Assembly (NCBI GenBank): GCA_963805975.1
Contig: CAWDVR010000002.1
Coordinates: forward strand, 704,001-768,000
Reading direction: 5' to 3'
Source: an uncultured Acidobacteriota bacterium
GTDB lineage: Bacteria; Acidobacteriota; Thermoanaerobaculia; Multivoradales; SZUA-115
Length of the DNA: 64,000 nt
Below are positions 13,603 through 22,380 of the stretch, in pieces; positions within the stretch are counted from its first letter, which is position 1; each line of letters begins with the position of its first letter. The notes under the pieces were generated by a model. The model did not search any database and had not been told where the DNA came from. It saw only the letters and a program-made list of their open reading frames with translations. Both the position numbers and the translations under genes were made by a program.

Positions 13603-15068
13603 GGCTCGCCTTCGACCTCGAGCCGCGCCGTAGCGTCCAGGTTCGCGGTGAGCACCACGGCCTGGCCGCCGTAGGTGCGCCGCAGGGCGGCGGTGCGCGA
13701 TCCCTGGCCGGTCGCGTTCTGGTCGCAGGCCGTGACCTCGAGCTGCGAGCCGTCGAAAGCCACCGCTCCGATCGCGCGCACGATGCACGGCGTCGAGAGC
13801 CGCACCCGCGCCTCGGTGGTGCCGCGCAGCACGACCCGCGGGTCGCCGTGCAGCTCGCTCAGGTCGAGATCCAGCCGGCCGTCCGTGACCTCCACCCGGC
13901 CCAGCTCGGTGATGCCCGCGGCCGTCACCTCCGAGCGCTGCGCGGTGACCTCCAGCCGTCCGGTCTGATCCACCTGGAGGCGCCCGTCGGCCATCTCCAC
14001 CGTGAGGTTGCCGGCGATCTCCTTGGCCCCCGCCGAGGCACCGCCGCGCAGTTGGAGCGCCAACGCGCCCCGAAAGCCGGAGACCGTCACCTGCGCGTCC
14101 GCCTGCGCCTCGACCTTGGCCTCTCCCTCGTAGCCGGTCATCGCCACCGAGCCTCCTTCCAGGCGCACCGTGGCGGAGCCACGCACCTCCTCGAGAAAAA
14201 CCTGCGTGGCCAGGCCGCTGAGGTCGATCCTGCCGTCCATCGTCTCCGAGCCGCGGATCTCGACCCCGGCGGTCTCGGCACGGATCGACATGGGACCCTG
14301 CCAGCCGGCGATGCGGGCGCTGGCCTCGCGCACCTGCGCGGTCAGGGACCCGGTACCGTCCTGCACATCGAGTGAGCCGCCGACGAGGACCGCCTGCACG
14401 TCGCCGCCAACGCCCGCGAGCGTCATCTCGGCGCCCTGGCCGCTCGCCTCGATCGATCCCAGGTGACCCCGGAGCTCGAGACCGCCGCCCTCGACCTCGA
14501 GGCTCAGGCGCCCCTGCATGGCGTCGAGCCGAGTCCAGCCGTCCTTGACCTTGGCCTCCAGGCCCTCGAAGCCGGCGACGCTCACCTGCGAGCCCTCGAC
14601 CGCGAGCGCCAGCCCCAGGACGCCGGTGTCGGCCGCCGCCTGCTTGGCCGAAGCCGCGCTCGCCGGCGCCGGAACGCCGCCGCCGTCGGCGTTCACGGTC
14701 AGCGCCTGGCCTTCGATGCGTACTAACTGGCCCGGCCGTGCCACCACCTCGACACGCAGCCGGCGAGGTTTGGGAGCGCCGGGCTCGGCGGTGGCCGCAG
14801 GCCGGCCGATCCGGGTCTCGCCGGCTTCGAGCAGCAGCTCGATCTCCTCGCCGTGCGCGCCCTCCGGTTGCCAGCGCGCGACCAGCGACGGCGGGGCTTG
14901 GGGGTCGACCCGCACCCAGACGTCCGCGCCCCAGAGCCGCAGGGTCACCGGGCCGCCCTCGAGGTTCATGGCCAAGGGCAGCGGCACGGCGGCGGCCGGC
15001 GTAGAAAGGAGAACGCAGACGAGAGCCAGCGTGGTGGCGAGCGGATGAGGAAAACGGCGCGGGAGCAT
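13599..15068 (-). CDS. Secreted beta-strand-repeat protein (DUF4097/adhesin-like)
   Basis: Signal peptide ending PAAA; repeated G-x-L/V-x-V/L-x-x-x-x-G-x-V strands. Confidence 0.7.
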   Translation of the reverse strand: MLPRRFPHPLATTLALVCVLLSTPAAAVPLPLAMNLEGGPVTLRLWGADVWVRVDPQAPPSLVARWQPEGAHGEEIELLLEAGETRIGRPAATAEPGAPKPRRLRVEVVARPGQLVRIEGQALTVNADGGGVPAPASAASAKQAAADTGVLGLALAVEGSQVSVAGFEGLEAKVKDGWTRLDAMQGRLSLEVEGGGLELRGHLGSIEASGQGAEMTLAGVGGDVQAVLVGGSLDVQDGTGSLTAQVREASARIAGWQGPMSIRAETAGVEIRGSETMDGRIDLSGLATQVFLEEVRGSATVRLEGGSVAMTGYEGEAKVEAQADAQVTVSGFRGALALQLRGGASAGAKEIAGNLTVEMADGRLQVDQTGRLEVTAQRSEVTAAGITELGRVEVTDGRLDLDLSELHGDPRVVLRGTTEARVRLSTPCIVRAIGAVAFDGSQLEVTACDQNATGQGSRTAALRRTYGGQAVVLTANLDATARLEVEGEP

Positions 15069-15120
15069 GGTTGGGCTGCGCCGGCTTCGGCGCAGAAACA
15101 GCGTAGCACGCAGCTCAGCA

Positions 15121-15243
15121 GCCCTCACCCTAACCCTCTCCCGCAAGCGGGAGAGGGGACCAGAGGGTTTCCTACTCGTCCGGACTCTTGGGGTTGGGTG
15201 GCGGCGCCCTCTCCCGCCTGCGGGAGAGGGTCGGGGTGAGGGC
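15121..15243. repeat. REP-like inverted doublet (CCCTCACCCTAACCCTCTCCCGCAAGCGGGAGAGGG type)
   Basis: GCCCTCACCCTAACCCTCTCCCGCAAGCGGGAGAGGG at 15121 and its imperfect reverse complement ending at 15243; each arm has an internal hairpin. Confidence 0.85.
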
Positions 15244-15297
15244 CGGCTGCTTGGCGCAGTTGACACCAGCCCGCGGTGCCTCGATCATCGGCCCTGC

Positions 15298-16065
15298 ATG
15301 GAACTTCGCGGCAAGGTCGCCCTGGTCACCGGCGCGGCGCATCGCCTGGGCAAGGCCATCGCCCTGGCGCTCGCCGGCCGCGGCGCTTCGATTGTCGTCC
15401 ATTACGGCAGCTCGGGAGACGAGGCGGCGGCGACCGCGGACGAGATCCGCCGGCTCGGCGTCGACGCCTGGCCTCTCGCCGCCGACCTCGCCGATCCCTT
15501 GCAGATCGAGAGCCTGCTCACCGCCGCCCACGAGCGCGCCGGCCGGCTCGACGTGGTGGTCGCGAGCGCCGCGAGCTTCGAGCGCAAGCCCTTCGAGCAG
15601 ATCACTGCCGAGGACTGGGACCGCGTGCAGGCCGTGAACCTGCGCGCTCCCTTTCTGCTGCTGCGCGGGGCGGCGGCGCTCTTGCGGGCCTCGCGCCGCG
15701 AGGGAGACGCCCCAGCCGCGGTGGTGAACGTGCTGGACCTCGCCTCGCGGCTGCCCTGGCGCGGCTACGCCCACCATGGCGCGGCCAAGGCCGGTCTGGC
15801 CCACCTGACTCGCATCGCCGCCCGTGAGCTGGCGCCGGCGATCCGGGTCAACGCCGTGGCGCCCGGCGCCATCCTGCCGCCGCCAGGCATGAAGGAGAGC
15901 GACGAGGCCTGGCGCGCCACGGCCGAGCGCCTGCCCCTCCACCGCACCGGCGATCCGCGCGAGATCGGCAACGCCGTCGTCTTCCTGGCGGAGACGGACT
16001 TCGTGACCGGCGAGGTGCTGGTGATCGACGGCGGCGAGTCGCTGATCGGTTCCGCCCATCGATGA
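15298..16065 (+). CDS. SDR oxidoreductase, pteridine reductase (FolM/PTR1)-like
   Basis: ALVTGAAHRLGKAIA (Arg in the Gly-rich loop, as in pteridine reductases), RVNAVAPG, FVTGEVLVIDGG; upstream of folB and folK. Confidence 0.85.
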   Translation: MELRGKVALVTGAAHRLGKAIALALAGRGASIVVHYGSSGDEAAATADEIRRLGVDAWPLAADLADPLQIESLLTAAHERAGRLDVVVASAASFERKPFEQITAEDWDRVQAVNLRAPFLLLRGAAALLRASRREGDAPAAVVNVLDLASRLPWRGYAHHGAAKAGLAHLTRIAARELAPAIRVNAVAPGAILPPPGMKESDEAWRATAERLPLHRTGDPREIGNAVVFLAETDFVTGEVLVIDGGESLIGSAHR

Positions 16066-16084
16066 ATCACCCACCGGAGGAGCC

Positions 16085-16456
16085 ATGCCCCAGCGCGACA
16101 AGATCCTGATCCGCGAGCTCAAGGCCCGCGGCATCATCGGGCTCAACGATTGGGAACGCCACGAGAAGCAGGAGATCGTCATCCATTTGACGCTCTACGG
16201 CGACTGGCGGCGCTCCGGCCGTTCCGACGACATGGCGGACTCGATCAACTACCGCACCGTGGCCAAGGCGGTGCTCGCCTACGTCGAGGCCTCGAGCCAC
16301 TTTCTGGTGGAGGCCCTGGCGCACCAGATCGCCCGGATCGCCATCGTGGACCACGGCGCCGAGCGGGCCGTGGTCCGGGTCGAGAAGCCGGGCGCGCTGC
16401 GCTTCGCCACTTCGGTCGGGGTCGAGATCGACCGTGAGCGCGCCGACTTCTCCTGA
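16085..16456 (+). CDS. folB: Dihydroneopterin aldolase
   Basis: GIIGLNDWER..Q, INYRTV, FLVEALA, VEKPGA, VGVEI. Confidence 0.88.
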   Translation: MPQRDKILIRELKARGIIGLNDWERHEKQEIVIHLTLYGDWRRSGRSDDMADSINYRTVAKAVLAYVEASSHFLVEALAHQIARIAIVDHGAERAVVRVEKPGALRFATSVGVEIDRERADFS

Positions 16457-16997
16457 GGCCGCCGGGCCGATCCTGGTCGTCCTCGGCTCGAACATCGAGC
16501 CGGAGAGAAACCTCCCGGCTGCCGTGCGCCTGTTGCGGCAGCGCCTCTCGGTGCCGGCGGCCTCGCCGGTCTATCGCTCGGCGCCCGTCGGGAGCCCCGG
16601 CTCGCCAACCTTCTGGAACGCCGCCGTGGCGCTCGTCACCCATCTTCCGCCGCAGGCGCTCAAGCTCGAGGTGCTGCGGCCGATCGAGGCCGCGCTCGGC
16701 CGCGTGCGGGGCGCCGACCGCAACGCACCGCGCACCATCGACCTCGACCTCGCCCTCTATGGTCCGCTGGTCGTCGACGATCCCGACCACGGCCTCACCC
16801 TGCCCGACCCCGCCATCCTCGAGCACGCGCACGCGGCCGTGCCGCTGGCCGACCTCGCTCCCGACCTCGAGCATCCCGTGACCGGCGAGCGGCTGGCCTC
16901 GATCGCCGCCCGCCTGGCACCCGGGGCCGGGCTCGAGCGCCTGCCGGGGATCGATCTCCTGGCGGGCGGCGGCAAAGAGACCGGCGGCAAGGGGTAA
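16434..16997 (+). CDS. folK: 2-amino-4-hydroxy-6-hydroxymethyldihydropteridine pyrophosphokinase
   Basis: LGSNI, FWNAAV, IEAALGRVR, PRTIDLDL, PLADLAP. Confidence 0.92.
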   Translation: MSAPTSPEAAGPILVVLGSNIEPERNLPAAVRLLRQRLSVPAASPVYRSAPVGSPGSPTFWNAAVALVTHLPPQALKLEVLRPIEAALGRVRGADRNAPRTIDLDLALYGPLVVDDPDHGLTLPDPAILEHAHAAVPLADLAPDLEHPVTGERLASIAARLAPGAGLERLPGIDLLAGGGKETGGKG

Positions 16998-17036
16998 CTG
17001 CTTCTTGGACGCGAACCGAGACCCGAGGAGGAAACC

Positions 17037-17657
17037 ATGATCGTCGAAGCCAAGCCCGACCATCCGCAGACCGATGAGGCGATCCGCGCCGCCACCGGCA
17101 AGACCTGGGACGAGTGGTATGCCGCTCTCGACGCCTTCGGCGGCCTCGAGAAAGGCAGGCGTGCCATCGGCGACCACTTGGTGGGTGAGCTGAAGCTGGA
17201 CCCCTACTGGTCCTCCACCCTGGTGGTCGAGTACGAGAAGGCGCGCGGCGTGACCGAGAAGGACGGCCGCCCCAAGGGCTACATGATCTGCGTCTCGAAG
17301 ACCATTGCGGCCTCGGCCGACGACGCCTTCGCCGCTTTCGCCGACGCCAATGCCCTCTCGGGCTGGTTCGGCAAGGGCGCCAAGGCCGACTTCCAGGAAG
17401 GCGGCCGCTACGAGAACGCCGACGGCGACCGCGGCACGTTCAAGAAGATCCGCCCCGGCAAGGCGCTGGTCCTCACCTGGGAGAACCCGCGCGAGGAGCC
17501 GGGCGGCACGGTCGAGGTGAAGTTCCAGCCCAACGGCAAGAAGATGGCGGTAATGGTGGCCCACGACCGTATCCAGGGCCGGGCCCACGCCGACGGCCTG
17601 CGCCGCGGCTGGGGCCAGGCGCTGGACGCGCTCAAGGCGAAGCTGGAGGGGAAATGA
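17037..17657 (+). CDS. DUF4287-like N-terminal domain plus SRPBCC/AHSA1 domain protein
   Basis: GGAGG RBS; AIRAATGKTWDEW N-terminus; SRPBCC-like C-terminus ending GWGQALDALKAKLE. Confidence 0.75.
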   Translation: MIVEAKPDHPQTDEAIRAATGKTWDEWYAALDAFGGLEKGRRAIGDHLVGELKLDPYWSSTLVVEYEKARGVTEKDGRPKGYMICVSKTIAASADDAFAAFADANALSGWFGKGAKADFQEGGRYENADGDRGTFKKIRPGKALVLTWENPREEPGGTVEVKFQPNGKKMAVMVAHDRIQGRAHADGLRRGWGQALDALKAKLEGK

Positions 17658-19137
17658 GCTTCGCGACCACGCTGTGGCGGCGGCCGTAGGCAAAGTAGAC
17701 GAGGAGACCGAGGCCCAGCCAGGCGAAGAGCCGCCACCAGGTCTCGGCGGGCAGCGAGAACATCAGCAGCACGCAGCTCGCCGCACCGAGGATCGGCACC
17801 ACGGGCACGAAAGGCACGCGAAAAGGCCGCTCCGCCTCGGGATGGGTGTAGCGCAGCACCAGCACCGCCACGCACACGATGGCGAAGGCGAGGAGCGTGC
17901 CCATGTTGACCAGAGTGAGGAGCACGGTGATGGGCAGCAGGCCGGCCAGGGCGGCGACGAAGACGCCGGTCGCGATCGTCGCCTTCCACGGGGTCCGGAA
18001 CCGCTCGTGCAGGGCGCCGAAGAAGCCCGCCGGCAGCAGGCCGTCGCGGGCGATGGCAAGCAGCACCCGCGCCTGGCTCAGCATGGTGACCAGGATCACC
18101 GAGGTGATGCCGGCCACCCCGGCGAGCGCCACCAGGAGCTGGGCCCAGGGCAGGCCCACCCGCCGGAAGGCGTCGGCCACCGGAGCCTGCATGTCGAGCT
18201 CGCCATAGGGCACCATGCCGGTGAGCACCGCGACCACCCCGATGTAGAGCAGCGTACAGATCACCAGCGAGGCGATGATGCCGATCGGCACGTCGCGGCG
18301 GGGCTTCCTCGCCTCCTCGGCGTGGGTCGAGACCGAGTCGAAACCGATGAAGGCGAAGAACGCCAGCGCCGCGCCGGCGAGCATGCCGAGCGGCTGGCCG
18401 CCGGCATCCGAGGTGCCGAGCACGGTGGTGCCGAAGAAAGAGAGACCGGCGTAGCCGTAGGGTGCGAAGGGCCGCCAGTTGGCCGGGTCGACGAACGCCG
18501 CGCCCACCGCGATCACGAACAGCACGGCCGCCAACTTGACGCCGACCAGCACGGTGTTGAGGCGCGCGCTCTCGCGGATGCCGATCACCAGCACGACGGT
18601 GACGATGGCGACGATCAGCACCGCCGGCAGGTTCAGGTAGGCGCCGGTCGTGACCACGCGGCCGAGCGCCGGGTCGTAGGTGACGACCGGCCCGGCCCAC
18701 TCTGCGGGCAGGGCCAGGCCGAGGCTCCCCGCCGCGCTCTGGAAGTAGCCGGACCACCCCGTGGCCACGGTGGCGGCGCTCACCGCGTACTCGAGCACCA
18801 GGTCCCAGCCGATGATCCAGGCGAAGAACTCGCCGAGGGTGGCGAAGGCGAAGGTGTAGGCCGAGCCGGCGACCGGCACCATGGAGGCCAGCTCGGCATA
18901 GCACAGCGCCGCCAGGACGCACACCAGGCCGGCCACGGCGTAGGAGAGCATCAGCGCCGGGCCGGTGACATTGCGCGCCACGGCGCCGGTCGAGACGAAG
19001 ATGCCGGCGCCGATCACCGCGCCGATTCCGAGGCTGGTGAGCTGCACTGGCCCCAGCACGCGGCGCAGCCGGCTTTCGCCTTCGGCCTCGGCCAGCAGCA
19101 GGCCGAGCGGCTTCTTGAGGAAGAGGGAGTGTGCCAT
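17632..19137 (-). CDS. APC-family amino acid permease
   Basis: LRRVLG...GIGAVIGAGIF, CYAELASMVPVAGSAYTF, FFAFIGFD; 12 or more TM segments. Confidence 0.93.
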   Translation of the reverse strand: MAHSLFLKKPLGLLLAEAEGESRLRRVLGPVQLTSLGIGAVIGAGIFVSTGAVARNVTGPALMLSYAVAGLVCVLAALCYAELASMVPVAGSAYTFAFATLGEFFAWIIGWDLVLEYAVSAATVATGWSGYFQSAAGSLGLALPAEWAGPVVTYDPALGRVVTTGAYLNLPAVLIVAIVTVVLVIGIRESARLNTVLVGVKLAAVLFVIAVGAAFVDPANWRPFAPYGYAGLSFFGTTVLGTSDAGGQPLGMLAGAALAFFAFIGFDSVSTHAEEARKPRRDVPIGIIASLVICTLLYIGVVAVLTGMVPYGELDMQAPVADAFRRVGLPWAQLLVALAGVAGITSVILVTMLSQARVLLAIARDGLLPAGFFGALHERFRTPWKATIATGVFVAALAGLLPITVLLTLVNMGTLLAFAIVCVAVLVLRYTHPEAERPFRVPFVPVVPILGAASCVLLMFSLPAETWWRLFAWLGLGLLVYFAYGRRHSVVAKLISPPASP

Positions 19138-19305
19138 GCCGACTCTCCGGCGCTCCCACCGCCGCCCGGGCCGGAAGTGGCCGTGCGGGGCGAGGCTACA
19201 GGCGGCACGCTAGCCAGCACCGGGGGCCGCGGGCTATGGGTGGAACCTTGGTGGGCTTCGGGCCACCGGAGGGAGGGAGACGGAGGTGAGCCCAGGCGTC
19301 ACCCG

Positions 19306-19752
19306 TTACTCCGGGATCTCGGGTTCGACGAGCTTCGCAAGCTGTGCGAGCGACTCTTGCCAGCCGAGGTAGCACATCTCGATCGGAATGGCCTCAGGCA
19401 GCCCTTCTTGCACTATGTTGAGCTCAGTTCCGCACGACACTGGCTTCAAGGTCACCGTCGTTTGCATTTCCCCGGGGAGGTTCGGGTCGTCGAACCTGTC
19501 CGAATAGCAAATCTTTTCGAATGGCACCAGCTCACGGTACTCGCCGCCAAAGGAGTGACCGTGGCCGGTCGTGAAGTTCGTGAACGACATCCTGTAGGTG
19601 CCGCCAACTTTGGCATCCAGGTGGTGAACCTTGCAGGTGAAACCGTAGGGCGGAAGCCACTTGGCCTTTGCGTCGGCGTCCAGGAACGCGCGATAGACGC
19701 GCTCGGGATTCGTCCGGAGCACACGATGAAGTCGGATGGTGCCTGTGGGCAT
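19306..19752 (-). CDS. SRPBCC (AHSA1/START) family protein
   Basis: LHRVLRTNPERVYRAF, GGTYRMSF, GWQESLAQLAKLVE. Confidence 0.88.
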   Translation of the reverse strand: MPTGTIRLHRVLRTNPERVYRAFLDADAKAKWLPPYGFTCKVHHLDAKVGGTYRMSFTNFTTGHGHSFGGEYRELVPFEKICYSDRFDDPNLPGEMQTTVTLKPVSCGTELNIVQEGLPEAIPIEMCYLGWQESLAQLAKLVEPEIPE

Positions 19753-19754
19753 GG

Positions 19755-20231
19755 TCAGTTCGCCTTTCGATTCGTCGTTGGGTGGGAGTTGGGTTTACGG
19801 CCTGGTACGGGAGCGCTGACGGATGCGACCTGCCGCAGCAGGCGCCGGGTCACGAGGCTGTGGCCGCCGCTGCCGATGACCGCGGCGCGGTAGAGACTGC
19901 CGAGGACGCCGGGGAACGCCGCGTGGGTCTGCGCGCGCAGGCAGTCGCCGTCGAGGATGAACGTCAGGGCGTAGTTGGAGAAACGGTGGCGCCCTCGCAG
20001 GGCAAGCCGCCGGCAGGGCTCGGCCTCGGCCACCCGGAAACCCGGTACCGCTTCCCCGGGTCGGCCGGCGAACTCGGCCGTGCCCTGCGCGGGGTCGCAG
20101 CGCAGGATTCGCGCGATCGGCGCACCGCCACCCAACTCGCGACGCAGGATCTTCAACAGCGCCGTCCAGACTACGTCGACGGGAGCGTCGACCCGCTGAC
20201 GATGCTCGTCGATGAAGGGAAGCTGCTCCAT
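19755..20231 (-). CDS. Hypothetical protein (SRPBCC-like, 158 aa)
   Basis: LPFIDEH...VVWTALL, LRGRHRFSNYALTF, YRAAVIGSGGH; co-oriented and 2 nt from the next gene. Confidence 0.7.
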   Translation of the reverse strand: MEQLPFIDEHRQRVDAPVDVVWTALLKILRRELGGGAPIARILRCDPAQGTAEFAGRPGEAVPGFRVAEAEPCRRLALRGRHRFSNYALTFILDGDCLRAQTHAAFPGVLGSLYRAAVIGSGGHSLVTRRLLRQVASVSAPVPGRKPNSHPTTNRKAN

Positions 20232-20320
20232 CGCAGGATCATCACATGACTACGTGCATCGCGGGACGGAGTCGAGAGGTCGCAGGCCGTTCTTCACAGG
20301 CCCTGGGCGAACTGGCTGAA

Positions 20321-20416
20321 GTGCGCCTAACAAAACCGGCGGCGCAAGTAGGCGAGAAAGCAGGATGGTTGCGAGCCATGGGATCGAGTCGAAGGAGCGC
20401 CTAGGGCGCCACCGGT
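20321..20416 (+). mobile_element. IS5-family relic (terminal repeat plus short transposase fragment)
   Basis: GTGCGCCTAACAAAACCG is an inverted copy of the end at about 21258-21275. It is followed by codons for GIESKERLGRHR, homologous to GVEPKNRLGRYR in the other relic. Confidence 0.6.
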
Positions 20417-20438
20417 TTCTCCGAAGGCGGTGAACGCT

Positions 20439-20879
20439 TCAGAAGAGTTCCTCGGCCAGCGCGACGATGATGCCCGCAGGGCCTCGCATGTAGCAGAGTC
20501 TGTACTTGTCCTCGTACTGGACCACCTCGCCGACGAGTTCGGCGCCGTTGGCGCGCAGGCGAGCGACAGTGTCGTCGACGCTTTCGACTGTAAACATGAC
20601 GCTCCGGAGGCCCAGCGTGTTCGGCGGTGCGATCGCCGGTTCGATCTCGACCAGTTTTGGATTGCGAAACTTCGTCAGCTCAAGCCGCCCGTGCCCATCT
20701 GGGGTCCGCATCATAACGATGTCGACCTGGACACTTTCGAGCGCGTTGATGCGGTCCACCCACGGGCCCTCGACCCGCGCCTCGCCTTCGAGCGTCATGC
20801 CGAGCGCGGTGAAAAAAGCGATGGCGGCTGCAAGGTCGTCGACGACGACGCTGACGTGGTCCAATCTCTTGATCGTCAT
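20439..20879 (-). CDS. VOC/glyoxalase family protein
   Basis: KRLDHVSVVVDDLAAAIAFF, RLELTKF, LCYMRGPAGIIVALAE. An extended -10 (TGcTATACT, 20894-20886) lies 6 nt before the ATG. Confidence 0.92.
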   Translation of the reverse strand: MTIKRLDHVSVVVDDLAAAIAFFTALGMTLEGEARVEGPWVDRINALESVQVDIVMMRTPDGHGRLELTKFRNPKLVEIEPAIAPPNTLGLRSVMFTVESVDDTVARLRANGAELVGEVVQYEDKYRLCYMRGPAGIIVALAEELF

Positions 20880-20944
20880 GTCCCTAGTATAGCAGAGGCC
20901 GTGCGCGGCGGTCCAGGCCGACCGTTCTCGCGAGCTGGACATGG

Positions 20945-21277
20945 TTAGCCGAGGAAGCGCAGGGAGATGAGGGCGCAGCCGAGCTGCAAGAAGGCCAGAT
21001 GGATGTCAGCCCGGTGCTCGTAGCGGATCTTCAGGCACCGGAAGCGGTGAGCCAGGAGAGCGTCCGTTCGACCACCCACCGGTAGCGTCCCAGGCGGTTC
21101 TTGGGCTCGACACCACAGCGGGCGATGCGGGGGATGATGCGGCGCTTGCGGAGGCCAGACGGAGGTGACGGTAGTCGTAACCCTTGTCGGCAAAAGTTCC
21201 TTCGCCATGGCACCCTCCTCCATGGCTCCTATTCTGCTTCCGTGGCTGCTTACGCGACGGTTTTGTTAGGCGTACTA
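20945..21277 (-). pseudogene. IS5-family transposase relic with left end; internally deleted and frameshifted
   Basis: Terminal repeat GTACGCCTAACAAAACCG and GGAGGAGG RBS. MAKELLP is followed directly by ADKGYDYRH, then (shifting frames) RRIIPRIAR.GVEPKNRLGRYRWVVERTLSWL and RFRCLKIRYEHRADIHLAFLQLGCALI. Confidence 0.85.
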
Positions 21278-22357
21278 AGGCGCAACACGCCCAACCAGCA
21301 GCTCCTCCGCCAGGCGGTAGGCGTGGTCGGCGGTCACCAGGGCCTTGGGGTCGCGCAGGCGGCCGCGGAGGGCGTGGACGTGGCGCGCCGCGAGGTTCGT
21401 GGCCTCGGCGCGGTCGGCGCCCTCGGGCGCCAGGCGCCGGCCGACCTCGAGCACCGGCACACCGCGGCCTCCGGCCAGCCGGTCCTCGACGAGCGCGAGC
21501 CAGGTGCGCGCCTCGTGACTCCCCGCCTTCAAGGTCAGGCGCTTCCCGTCAGCGGCGGTCTCAGCGCCCTGGAGCAGCCTGCCTCCCAGCTCCAACGCCG
21601 GCTCGCCGCACCAGGCCACCAGATCGAGCGCGCTCTCGATCTCGCGGCGGTCGGCCTCGGCGCGCCCCACGGCGGCCGGTGGACGGTCCGGCCCCGCGCC
21701 GGCCACGGCGAGGCGCAGCGGGAAGCGGCGCGCGAGGTGGGCTGCGAGGCAAGGCGCGAGGAGCCTCGCGAGCTGGTTCTTGTCCAGCACGTCCCGGGGA
21801 TGAAAACCGGCCTCGAGAAGCTCGTGGCCGAAGGTCGCCTCGTAGCCGCGCTTGTTGGAGAGAAAGCAGCAGGCCGGCGGGTCCTCGGCCAGCATGCCGC
21901 GCACCGTGGCCGCAAGGTAGATCGACTCCCACCAGCGCTCCCGCGGCACGAACTCGAGGGTCGAGAGCTGAATGTCCGAGAGCAGTAGCCCGCCGGGCCG
22001 CAGCAGGCCGGCCACCAGGCGCGGGAACTGCTGCGCACCGGCGAACGCCTCCGCGGGCACGGCGAGCCAGCGATCCTCGAGGGAGCGGTCGCCCTCGACC
22101 GGCGAGCCCCCAATCGGCGAGCTCATATGCGAGGCGACCTGAAGGCTGGGGTGCTCTCCCAGCCAGCGAGCGGCCGCGGCGGCGGTGTCCGGTCCTGGCC
22201 GGTCGAGGCAGACGACGGTCAAGTGGGCCAGGAGCGCCGGTGCCTGGCCGGCGAGCACGGAGAGCGCTTCCGAGACGTGGAAGAGGTGGTCCTCCACCAG
22301 CACCAGTGGCCGCCGCGTGAACCCACCGGCCGTCACCCACGAAACCGTACCGATCAT
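21275..22357 (-). CDS. Atypical regulator: receiver-like N-terminus, methyltransferase-like core, C-terminal winged HTH
   Basis: PLVLVEDH at the N-terminus; LLRPGGLLLSD; C-terminal EATNLAARHVHALRGRLRDPKALVTADHAYRL resembles the OmpR-type recognition helix and wing. Confidence 0.6.
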   Translation of the reverse strand: MIGTVSWVTAGGFTRRPLVLVEDHLFHVSEALSVLAGQAPALLAHLTVVCLDRPGPDTAAAAARWLGEHPSLQVASHMSSPIGGSPVEGDRSLEDRWLAVPAEAFAGAQQFPRLVAGLLRPGGLLLSDIQLSTLEFVPRERWWESIYLAATVRGMLAEDPPACCFLSNKRGYEATFGHELLEAGFHPRDVLDKNQLARLLAPCLAAHLARRFPLRLAVAGAGPDRPPAAVGRAEADRREIESALDLVAWCGEPALELGGRLLQGAETAADGKRLTLKAGSHEARTWLALVEDRLAGGRGVPVLEVGRRLAPEGADRAEATNLAARHVHALRGRLRDPKALVTADHAYRLAEELLVGRVAP

Positions 22358-22363
22358 GGGCTG

Positions 22364-22371
22364 ACTATACT
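22364..22371. promoter_or_regulatory. Bidirectional promoter with overlapping -10 hexamers
   Basis: Plus-strand TATACT (22366-22371) lies 9 nt before ATG 22381. Minus-strand TATAGT (22369-22364) lies 6 nt before ATG 22357. Confidence 0.6.
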
Positions 22372-22380
22372 GGCCGCACG

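Noticed and set aside
15298-16997. Pteridine reductase-folB-folK cluster as a novel pterin pathway
   Set aside because: A familiar folate/pterin arrangement; the aldolase keeps the KPGA lysine typical of FolB.
20324-21272. GCCTAAC ... GTTAGGC resembling integron attC core sites
   Set aside because: The sites are about 950 bp apart, far longer than an attC; there is no integrase; and both are followed by IS5 transposase residues, so they are IS ends.
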